64,000 nucleotides of DNA from Bacillota bacterium (GCA_052034085.1 JBPOJA010000026.1:414-64413); one strand, 5' to 3'. Positions 19,720 through 27,076 are shown, counted from the stretch's first letter. The notes: a model not told the origin generated them from the sequence alone. Translations and numbers: made by a program.

Positions 19720-20847
19720 TTAGAGTATTTCGCTGAAAGTTTGGATTCTTGTTCTTAATTGCTCAACAGAATCCATCTGCTGTTCAATTTCTATGTATAG
19801 TGCCGGTACACCTGCTTCTTCCAGCTCTTTTTTTATCACCGGATAATCAAACTCTTCCGGATCACAAAACTTGAGCTGGCAATATACAATACCATCCGCA
19901 TTGAATTGTTTCTTGAGGTCAATCAGCATCTTCCCCCTGGTTTTTTCCTTATCGTACAGGAAGGGGCAGCCGTCCTGCCGTGCCACCCTTTCAGCCATTC
20001 TTTCAAAAACATCACCTTCTTGGGGGACTCTGACCCGGAACTGTCTCGACTCCTGCGCAAGGTCATCGGCAACTATAACGAGATTGTTTTCTGAAAAGAG
20101 ATTGAGAAATTCTTCGGGTTCCGCCAGAAGCCCTGAAATGATAATCCTCTTATAGGTGTTTTCTTTCCGGGGTATTTCTTTAAGCCCCTCCAGCAGGAGC
20201 TTCATATTCTCTACATATTCTGCTTTATCCATGAAATATGCCGCTTTGATGATTAAGTGCCTTGTGGATGCATCAAATATTTCAGGATAATCTCCGGCTG
20301 CTGCGACAAATTCTCTCATCAGGCTTCTGTATTCCTCATAGAGTGCATAGCTTTTTTCAAGAGCCTCGTCTGTAACGGTCACACCCAGGACTTTTTCCAG
20401 CTCTCTCTTAACACGGGCAAACTCCTCTCTCATAAAAATTTTCCCCGCAGAGGTTTTTCTGTTTTGCGAATAAACCACGGGGATGATATTTAAATGAGGG
20501 ACTGCCACTTTCCAGTTTTCTATCGTGCATTTCAGAGTGTCACAGAAAGCGCTTACAAGCACTGCAGACAGTTTGTCGTAAACACCTTTAAGGGCCTGGT
20601 GGGTGTTTGCCTTTATTACTGAACAGCAAAAAACCTGGTAATACCTGTCGCTGAGATTTCCAACCTGGGGACCTCCCCACATGCCTATGGGCAGTGCTCC
20701 TGCTGCGTAAACCAGCTCATCCGGCGAATAAATAGGAAAGCAGCCAACAGCTTTTTTTCCGGTCTTCTGAATTGCGAGTTCCACCGATCTTGCGGGATGC
20801 CTGGCAATTTCCTTAAATTCTTCTATTACTTTGTTAACATCTGTCAT
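19720..20847 (-). CDS. 2-hydroxyacyl-CoA dehydratase beta subunit (HgdB/HadC-like)
   Basis: 375 aa. It overlaps the alpha-subunit gene by 4 nt, and its size and sequence are typical of the HgdB/HadC family. Confidence 0.8.
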   Translation of the reverse strand: MTDVNKVIEEFKEIARHPARSVELAIQKTGKKAVGCFPIYSPDELVYAAGALPIGMWGGPQVGNLSDRYYQVFCCSVIKANTHQALKGVYDKLSAVLVSAFCDTLKCTIENWKVAVPHLNIIPVVYSQNRKTSAGKIFMREEFARVKRELEKVLGVTVTDEALEKSYALYEEYRSLMREFVAAAGDYPEIFDASTRHLIIKAAYFMDKAEYVENMKLLLEGLKEIPRKENTYKRIIISGLLAEPEEFLNLFSENNLVIVADDLAQESRQFRVRVPQEGDVFERMAERVARQDGCPFLYDKEKTRGKMLIDLKKQFNADGIVYCQLKFCDPEEFDYPVIKKELEEAGVPALYIEIEQQMDSVEQLRTRIQTFSEIL

Positions 20848-22070
20848 TGTGAATTGCCTCCCTTTGCTTTGCGCTCTTCCATCATTTCCACCAGTGCCTG
20901 CACTCTGGTTTCATATTGGGCCTGTGAGAATGCCCTGGGGTCCGTCTGATCGCCGTCAAAGATTACGGAAGGTACTCCGGTTGCCTGCTCTACCCTTCTT
21001 TGAACCTCAAACTGCCTGAAATCCATAAGCTTGCAGCTTCTGTTGGAGTGGTAGATTATCCCGTCAAGCTCAAAATTTCTAACCAGATTGACAATATTGT
21101 CAACGCCGAAATCAAGATTTCTGTTTACATAATTTGAGCTGTAAGCTCTTGCCATCCCATCCAGGTCATTGTCATCGTAAACTATGTACCAGGAATCGGG
21201 ATAAGTGGAAGTCACCATATTGATTCCGTAGTTTTTCAATGTCTTGTAAGTACTGCTCAAATATGGCCAGCAGGCTATGCCGTCCCACATTACCCTGTAC
21301 TTTTCTTCCCCGTCCTTCCATGGGCCCAGACCCTTTTCTGCCTTGTCTTTCAGCTCATCATGCCACATTTTGAAGAGTTCCCTTCCTTCTTCCGTGCCTC
21401 TTGCGCACACAATCGTGGCCATGTAGTTAAATAAGTCAAAGCCATTTAAGGGCGAAGGCTTGGCTCTTGCAAGGAGAGAAGCTTTTTTCCACCATATCGA
21501 TGTATCTCTCGATATGCTCATTACTTCGGAAAATTTGTCATAATCAAACTTTTTACCGGTGATGTTTTCAACCTGTCTGATAGCATCTAAAAGCTGTGCT
21601 TTCATATACTTTGTGTTTTGCTCATTAATTTCATACTGGTGATTGAAAGGCATGTCGAATACTATCATGGGAATATTGAGCTGCTTGGCAATGTTTTCAT
21701 ACCATTTGATGACAGTGTTGCAGATATTGTTGCAGCAAAAAATCAGATCCGGGCGCGGCATATTTCCGGCATCGCTATGCATGATGTCCAGATAGCCCAT
21801 ATTGACTCTTGCATATGAACAGATGTCAACGGAATATCCCTTTCCTTCTGCCTGGTTTATGAATTCCTGAGCCTGTTTTCTGGCCCCTATTGCGGCTGCA
21901 TGGTTTTCAGGATACATGGTATAGATATCTGCTGTTGTGAGAATTTCCTGAGGGGAGATAGATGTTGCCCAGGCCACAAGCTTTCCTTCTTCTTTCGCTG
22001 TGAAAGCCTCTTTGTAATGCCTGTCCAGCATTTCATTCAACAGCTGCTTTGACGTTTTGACTGTGTCCAC
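20844..22070 (-). CDS. 2-hydroxyacyl-CoA dehydratase alpha subunit (HgdA/HadB-like)
   Basis: I chose the GTG start at 22070 (VDTVKTSKQLL...) because GGGAGGG lies 5-6 nt upstream. The ORF-track TTG at 22100 has no RBS. The sequence is family-typical (AWATSISPQEIL, ICSYARVN). Confidence 0.8.
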   Translation of the reverse strand: MDTVKTSKQLLNEMLDRHYKEAFTAKEEGKLVAWATSISPQEILTTADIYTMYPENHAAAIGARKQAQEFINQAEGKGYSVDICSYARVNMGYLDIMHSDAGNMPRPDLIFCCNNICNTVIKWYENIAKQLNIPMIVFDMPFNHQYEINEQNTKYMKAQLLDAIRQVENITGKKFDYDKFSEVMSISRDTSIWWKKASLLARAKPSPLNGFDLFNYMATIVCARGTEEGRELFKMWHDELKDKAEKGLGPWKDGEEKYRVMWDGIACWPYLSSTYKTLKNYGINMVTSTYPDSWYIVYDDNDLDGMARAYSSNYVNRNLDFGVDNIVNLVRNFELDGIIYHSNRSCKLMDFRQFEVQRRVEQATGVPSVIFDGDQTDPRAFSQAQYETRVQALVEMMEERKAKGGNSQ

Positions 22071-22161
22071 TTTTACCCTCCCGGATACGACGATAGGCAA
22101 ATGCGAATATTTTTTATGTTATTGTTGCTGTTACTACTATGTCTACTATGTTTTCTATCGT

Positions 22162-22178
22162 CGCAAAAGTTGTGCCAA
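22162..22178 (-). promoter_or_regulatory. Sigma-54 (-24/-12) promoter
   Basis: The minus strand reads TTGGCAC-AACTT-TTGCG, matching the consensus TGGCAC-N5-TTGC exactly. It lies about 90 nt upstream of the dehydratase start and downstream of a sigma-54 EBP gene. Confidence 0.75.
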
Positions 22179-22240
22179 ATGAAGGTTCAGCTAAGAATGT
22201 GTTGAAAATGTGTATTCTTTAATCTTTTCTGCATTAAAAC

Positions 22241-22276
22241 AGGCGGGTTCGATGCGTTTGCGCATCATATCCGCCT
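22241..22276 (-). terminator. Nested hairpin after the EBP gene (possible terminator and/or EBP site)
   Basis: AGGCGG...GATGCG-TTTG-CGCATC...CCGCCT. It sits 37 nt after the stop at 22313, and the trailing T-run is short. Confidence 0.45.
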
Positions 22277-22312
22277 AATTTCTGTGTTCTTTTGGCATTT
22301 ATGCATCAATTG

Positions 22313-23695
22313 CTAAATGCCATACTTTTTCAGTTTTCTTATTATGGTCGATTGATCTATTTTCAATGCTTTTGACATTTTGCGACTGCTGCCATACTGG
22401 GATTTTGCCCTTTCCAGAATAAACTTTTCATAATCATCAACTAATTCTTTAAATGATTTGCTTTCACCCGGACTGCAGGGATCTTCCCTTTTTGTGTCCC
22501 TGAACCATGGCAGGTCTGATATTTGAAGATATTCATTATTGCTGACCACCACCATGTTTTCAATAACGTTTTTCAGCTGTCTGATATTTCCTTTCCAGCT
22601 GTTCATTTTCAACTCTTCAAGCACCTCGTACGTGAGTCTTTTGTTCTGCCCGTACTGCTTATTGAACTGATTCAGAAAACCAAGCGCCAAGGGCATAATT
22701 TCTTCTTTTCTTTCCCTTAGCGGCGGGATGTCTATTGTTATAACATTTAACCTGTAGTACAGATCTTCGCGGAAATCGCCGGAAGCCACCATTTCTCTCA
22801 GATCCTTGTTTGAAGCAGCAATAACACGTATGTCCACCGGAATATATTCTGTTGATCCCACACGGTTAATGGTCCTTGATTCCAATGCCCTCAGTAATTT
22901 TACCTGCAGGTTTAAACTCATCTCTCCTATTTCATCCAGTAAGAGCGTTCCGCCGTTTGCGGCTTCAATTAAACCTTCTTTGCCTCCTTTCGCAGCTCCG
23001 GTAAAAGCACCTTCGGCATAACCGAAAAGTTCAGACTCCAGCAATGATTCCGGAATGGAACCACAGTTTACGGCAATGAAAGGTTTGTTCCTTCTCAGCA
23101 TGCTGTTGTCATGGATAAATCGGGCCAACACATCTTTGCCCACCCCGGACTCTCCAGAAATCAGTATCGTTGTGTTAAAATCTCCCACCTTTTTGGCAAG
23201 AGAAAAAATTTCTTCCATAACCCTGTTTATTACTACAATTCCATGACTTTCTCCGCTTTTCTCAGCATTTAGCTGGTCAAAATATATCCTTTCCATTTTC
23301 CTGGCATCGTCAAGTTCTTCTTTGAGAGCATATATTTCAGACATGTCTCTTGTATTGACAACTACTCTTTTTATAGTTCCGTCTTCCTGGAAAATGGGAG
23401 TTCCTGTAACAATGATATTTTTGCCATGCCTGGTTGTGTGGTGCATGGTAACCGGCCTCCCCTGTTCAATAGCCAGCAGAACAACTGAGTTTTTCATCCA
23501 GACAGGATTAATGAGCTCACGAACATTGTGACCTAAAAGCTCATCCTTTTGTATATTAGTATTTCTTACGTAAGATTGATTAACAAGGAGAACTTTTCCA
23601 TCCCCGTCAGTGACCATTATTCCATCAAAAGAACCTTCTATAATTTCCTGTAGTTCTTCCAGGCTTTTATCTTTATTTTTGTCTGGCCCAAACAT
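22313..23695 (-). CDS. Sigma-54-dependent transcriptional activator (PAS - AAA+ - HTH)
   Basis: An N-terminal PAS-like domain is followed by GESGVGKD (Walker A), GAFTGA and ELFGY (sigma-54 contact), then a C-terminal Fis-type HTH (SSRKMSKALKIDQSTIIRKLKKYG). The start is taken at the internal ATG at 23695; 23725 is also possible. Confidence 0.9.
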   Translation of the reverse strand: MFGPDKNKDKSLEELQEIIEGSFDGIMVTDGDGKVLLVNQSYVRNTNIQKDELLGHNVRELINPVWMKNSVVLLAIEQGRPVTMHHTTRHGKNIIVTGTPIFQEDGTIKRVVVNTRDMSEIYALKEELDDARKMERIYFDQLNAEKSGESHGIVVINRVMEEIFSLAKKVGDFNTTILISGESGVGKDVLARFIHDNSMLRRNKPFIAVNCGSIPESLLESELFGYAEGAFTGAAKGGKEGLIEAANGGTLLLDEIGEMSLNLQVKLLRALESRTINRVGSTEYIPVDIRVIAASNKDLREMVASGDFREDLYYRLNVITIDIPPLRERKEEIMPLALGFLNQFNKQYGQNKRLTYEVLEELKMNSWKGNIRQLKNVIENMVVVSNNEYLQISDLPWFRDTKREDPCSPGESKSFKELVDDYEKFILERAKSQYGSSRKMSKALKIDQSTIIRKLKKYGI

Positions 23696-23820
23696 GATGT
23701 CACGATATCCTTTCCTGCAAACCACACCACAAGTTTATTATGGTACAGTTTACTATAATAAAAAAATTCATTCAACACATGTCATAAGAATAGGGTATTA
23801 CGCAGAGATGACGGAGAGCA

Positions 23821-24018
23821 TTATTCTCCGTCTGCAAGCCTGAGAATTTTCACTGCATCTCCGTCGCCCAGAATGTGGCCGGCGTATTCGTTTTTTCGAA
23901 GCTGGTTTCCGTTAACCCACACAGCAGCCCTTGTGCTATAATCTCTATATCCCAGGAGCTGCTGTATGGTTGTTTCGTTTTCCAGCGATATTTCTTCTTT
24001 GTTTACTTTAATTCGGAT
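23821..24018 (-). pseudogene. ThiS/MoaD-like beta-grasp ORF with no canonical start codon and no C-terminal Gly-Gly
   Basis: Own codon-by-codon translation: IRIKVNKEEISLENETTIQQLLGYRDYSTRAAVWVNGNQLRKNEYAGHILGDGDAVKILRLADGE*. It aligns by eye with ThiS (TIQDLL..., DGDxIEIvxxvGG). The frame is open back to the bfr TAG but contains no ATG/GTG/TTG. Confidence 0.4.
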
Positions 24019-24105
24019 ATCCGGGGTTCCATGCGCTCTTGCGCACTCCGGAGTTCCATGCGCTTTGGGCTTTTGGTTCTTGCGCGCTCCTGAGCCTCGA
24101 AGGCA

Positions 24106-24570
24106 CTAGACCTGAGTGGTAAGGAATATGGGCAGACCCATCTGGTCTATCCTGTCCTGAAAACCTTCGATATCGTCCATGTGGCGGTCTTCGTCCATTA
24201 AGATTTCCTCAAGCAGGTCCTTCGTGGCGAAGTCGCCCACTTCACTGGCCAGCTTGATGGCTTCGTTGTAAGCCCTGATGGCATCAACTTCCGCCAGCCT
24301 GTCATTTTCCAGCTGATTGGGCACCTGGGCGCCGATGTGAATTTTTCTGAGTTCTGTGACTATGGGCCTTCCTTCCAGGAACAGAATCCTGCCTATGAGT
24401 TTCTCCGCATGTTTCATTTCGTCAATGGCTCTCTTTTCGAAGCTTTCATGAAGCTTGTCGTAGCCCCAGTCCGCGCACATCTCCGAGTGAACCATGTATT
24501 GATTAATCGCCGTCAGTTCATCGGCCAAAAGTGAATTAAGTGTTTCAAGTAGTTTGGGATCGCCTTTCAT
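24106..24570 (-). CDS. bfr: Bacterioferritin
   Basis: 154 aa. The opening MKGDPKLLETLNSLLADELTAINQYMVHSEM and the di-iron ligand motifs (E..H twice) match. The RBS is AAGGAGG. Confidence 0.9.
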   Translation of the reverse strand: MKGDPKLLETLNSLLADELTAINQYMVHSEMCADWGYDKLHESFEKRAIDEMKHAEKLIGRILFLEGRPIVTELRKIHIGAQVPNQLENDRLAEVDAIRAYNEAIKLASEVGDFATKDLLEEILMDEDRHMDDIEGFQDRIDQMGLPIFLTTQV

Positions 24571-24640
24571 CGTACTTCCTCCTTATGTTGCTTTTACTTT
24601 GTGGTTTTTCTGTTTTGCAATCTTATGCTGCATCTACAGG

Positions 24641-24859
24641 GTTGGGTTCTGTGGGCCGGCTTGGGTTTTGTGGGCCGGCTTGGGTTTGTGGGCCGGTCCG
24701 GCCTGGGTTCTTTGGGTCGGCTAATTTTGGGCCGGTCCGGCCTGGGTTCTTTGGGTCGGCTTATTTTGGGCCGGTCCGGCTTGGGTTTTCGGGCCGGCTA
24801 ATCTTGTGGGCCGGTCCGGCCTGGGTTTGCGGGCCGGCTTATTTTGGGCCGGTCCGGCT
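24641..24859. repeat. GC-rich minisatellite, ~39-bp unit (two ~19-20 bp half units), about 5.5 copies
   Basis: The unit GGGCCGGTCCGGCCTGGGTTCTTTGGGTCGGCTAATTTT is repeated head to tail. Each unit contains the palindrome GGCCGG-T-CCGGCC. The array fills the spacer from the MATE stop to the bfr upstream region. Confidence 0.85.
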
Positions 24860-26471
24860 ATTCTCTATATGATAGGTTATCACTGCCGGCCCAACTATGC
24901 AATGATAATATATACCAGATCAGCATGGAAAGTCCCCGCAGCGCCGCCGAAAGGCTGATGCCCAGCCAGAGTCCGTTCATGCCCATAATGAGGTGGAGCC
25001 GCCAGCAGAGAATCGGCCTTAAAAGGTTTGCCCCTATGCTACAGATGCTTGGGGGCAGGGTTTTTCCAAGACCACGGAAGGCCCCCGAGCAGGTTCCTTC
25101 AAAAGCCAGAAACACCAGGCAAATGGCCATTATTTTCAGGTAAACAGCTCCCATGCCGATGATTTCGGGCGGCTCCCTGAGAAATAGCGAAAAGAAGAAT
25201 CCCCCAAAAGCCACCAGCAGGAAAGTTACAAATAGCTCCCATATCAGGAGCGCCGCCGTGGCGATTTTGAAGGATCTTCGGATTCTGTTCCACTTTTTTG
25301 CCCCGTAATTTTGCCCTACGAAAGCGGTCATGGCGGATGAAAATCCTATGCCAACCATCCAGGAGAGGGATTCAATCTGGCTGCCTACCCGGTTGATGGC
25401 AACTGCCATTTCTCCGTACCAGGCTGCCGCCATTGCCGTGACCACCATGGACAGGATGGTGAAGGCGGCGCTTTCCAATGCCAAAGGCGTGCCCCACCAA
25501 AGGATGATTTTGCTGCGTCTTTTCCGCAGTCCCAGCAGACTTTTATGCAAGCCCGGCAGGTCTTTCTCCGAGCTTTGTGGTGTGAAATGGCGGGCGTAGG
25601 CTCTTCCGCCGTTTTCCGCTTGACGACCGCATGCTCTTCCGCCGCCGAAAATTCTGAAGCCTGAGAAAGGCCTTGTAGCCGGATGCTTTATAAAAATTAT
25701 GAACTGCACAAACACCACTATTTCCGCCAGGGAAGTGGCTACTGCGGCTCCGGTCACCCCCCAGCCGAAGTACAGAATCATGAGAGGATCCAGAACCATA
25801 TTAACCAGAAGCCCCACAGCATTTGCCTTGAAGCTGATTTTGGAATTACCTGCACCATTGAAAATGCCTGTTATCGATGCGGAAACATAAAAGAAAGGCA
25901 CGGCCGCCCCTATTATGCGCAGGTACCGAACTGAATTCTGATAAACGGTGGGTTCCTGAACTTTCAGCAGGCTTATGAGGGGTTCGGGAAATATGATGAA
26001 AATAGCTCCGCAAACTATCCCGAGAATCAGGGCTATCCGCACCGAATCCTGGGCATAGTCCCTGGCTTTGCCGGGCTTTCGCTTGCCCAGATTTTGCGCG
26101 GTTCCGATTTCGGCTCCTGTCCGCCCAAGTAGCATGGGAGCAGCGGACAGCCACATATAGAGGCCCGCCAGCCCGCTGGCGGCTACCGCCATAACCGCAT
26201 AATCCGTCCGCCCCAGCCAGAACATATCCGTCAGGTTGTAGGCCATCTGCATAAACTGAGTCCCCATGATGGGCAGTGCCACCATGAGGAGTTTTTTGAG
26301 TATGCCGCCTTCAGTGAGATTGCCGGCATCTGAACTTCCTGATTTGTGACCGCCGGCATCTTTTGCCTTTGCTTCGAGGCTACCCGCATCTTTTGCCTCG
26401 GCTTCGAGGCTACCGGCATCTTTTGCTTTAGCTTCAAGGCCGCCGGCTTGAATTTTTTCTGATGATTCCAT
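24858..26471 (-). CDS. MATE family efflux transporter with repeat-containing N-terminal extension
   Basis: 537 aa and 12-TM-like. The segment ILKKLLMVALPIMGTQFMQMAYNLTDMFWLGR is typical of a MATE N-terminus. It is preceded by 3 x 10-aa repeats (LEAKAKDAGS). A basic linker is inserted between the two halves. Confidence 0.8.
   Translation of the reverse strand: MESSEKIQAGGLEAKAKDAGSLEAEAKDAGSLEAKAKDAGGHKSGSSDAGNLTEGGILKKLLMVALPIMGTQFMQMAYNLTDMFWLGRTDYAVMAVAASGLAGLYMWLSAAPMLLGRTGAEIGTAQNLGKRKPGKARDYAQDSVRIALILGIVCGAIFIIFPEPLISLLKVQEPTVYQNSVRYLRIIGAAVPFFYVSASITGIFNGAGNSKISFKANAVGLLVNMVLDPLMILYFGWGVTGAAVATSLAEIVVFVQFIIFIKHPATRPFSGFRIFGGGRACGRQAENGGRAYARHFTPQSSEKDLPGLHKSLLGLRKRRSKIILWWGTPLALESAAFTILSMVVTAMAAAWYGEMAVAINRVGSQIESLSWMVGIGFSSAMTAFVGQNYGAKKWNRIRRSFKIATAALLIWELFVTFLLVAFGGFFFSLFLREPPEIIGMGAVYLKIMAICLVFLAFEGTCSGAFRGLGKTLPPSICSIGANLLRPILCWRLHLIMGMNGLWLGISLSAALRGLSMLIWYILSLHSWAGSDNLSYRE
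26352..26441 (-). repeat. 3 x 30-bp in-frame tandem repeat inside the MATE 5' end
   Basis: CC(G)GCATCTTTTGCCTnnGCTTCGAGGCTA occurs three times and encodes LEAKAKDAGS / LEAEAKDAGS / LEAKAKDAGG. Confidence 0.85.
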
Positions 26472-26877
26472 GCCTATGATTATAGATGAAAATTAGAGCG
26501 TTTTGGGGATTTTGAGCAAATTTTCGACTTATCATTGATTTTTGGCCCCTCGAGTTCGGATTGAATTCGGGCATCTAGAATATTTGCTCAGAAATCTGAA
26601 AGTAAGTGGCAAAATTTCAGATATCCTGAAATTTTGCTTACATCATGCCCGGCCGAGAGCTCCTGCCGGGAGCCTGTGTTGAGAGCTTCTGCCTGGAGTC
26701 CCGGCCTGAAGCCTATGTCGGAAGCTTTTACCTGGAGTCTATGTCGGGAGCTTCTGGCCGGAGCATTTCAAGAAGCCCGACGGCCGCTTTTTGTCGGCCG
26801 CCGGGTGCACCGCCTCAGATGCTGTGCTGTAATCCCGAAGAACAGGTAAATAAAAGCCGGTTCTTCGGGATTTCAAT

Positions 26878-27068
26878 AGATTTTGAGCTAAAACCGGCGA
26901 AGTGCTATGCCGGAATGCAGATATTAGGACGGTTGTGAGCAAAAACACGAGAAGTGCATAGAAAAACTTGGGTGCAAGTCCGAAAATCCATAGCACTTCG
27001 CTCTTTTTTGCTCATTCCGCTCCTGTTTTCCCGATTTCTGGCTAGCACTTCTCCTCATTTTGCTCAAA
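26878..27068. repeat. Four-module 52-bp-pitch repeat element, copy A
   Basis: Four modules of the form GAGCnAAAAnnnGAGAAGTGCTAG are present. The GAAGTGC core is at 26899 and 26951 (direct). The GCACTTC core is at 26993 and 27045 (inverted). Modules 1/4 and 2/3 are mutually complementary. Confidence 0.85.
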
Positions 27069-27076
27069 AGAAGAGC

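Noticed and set aside
22283-22305. Plus-strand TTGGCAT...TTGC near the 3' end of the EBP gene resembles a sigma-54 element.
   Set aside because: The GG-to-GC spacing is wrong (neither the TGC 6 nt downstream nor the TTGC 11 nt downstream gives the required 5-nt gap). The site lies on the strand opposite to all nearby genes and partly inside the EBP coding region.
24019-24108. Possibility that the bfr TAG is recoded (for example as pyrrolysine or by read-through) to give a Bfr-ThiS-like fusion, since the frames are continuous.
   Set aside because: The window contains no pyl genes or recoding signal, and the 29 linker codons are a duplicated repeat, not a conserved sequence. The ThiS-like part also lacks its GG terminus. 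Pseudogenisation is the simpler explanation. The idea is kept only as a note inside the ThiS finding.
24540-24872. Plus-strand ORFs encoding Gly/Pro/Phe-rich repeats (GPVRPGFFGSA...) across the minisatellite.
   Set aside because: They are a translation artefact of the 39-bp tandem repeat. They have no RBS, overlap the bfr 5' region in antisense, and their periodicity is that of the DNA repeat.
26655-26765. Degenerate repeats GAGAGCT(C/T)CTGCC(G/T)GGAG... upstream of the MATE gene.
   Set aside because: The repetition is real but too degenerate and irregular (a period of roughly 26-40 bp) for me to define a unit or copy number with confidence. I note it only as part of the general repeat density of 24.6-31.2 kb.
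26878-27068. The 24-nt modules separated by ~28-nt variable spacers on a 52-bp pitch look superficially like a mini CRISPR array (also at 29658-29845 and 38860-39052).
   Set aside because: The modules switch orientation halfway (two direct, two inverted) and are mutually complementary in a nested way. The spacers are partly similar between copies, each locus has only four modules, and no cas genes are in the window. I therefore treat it as a palindromic repeat element and not as CRISPR.
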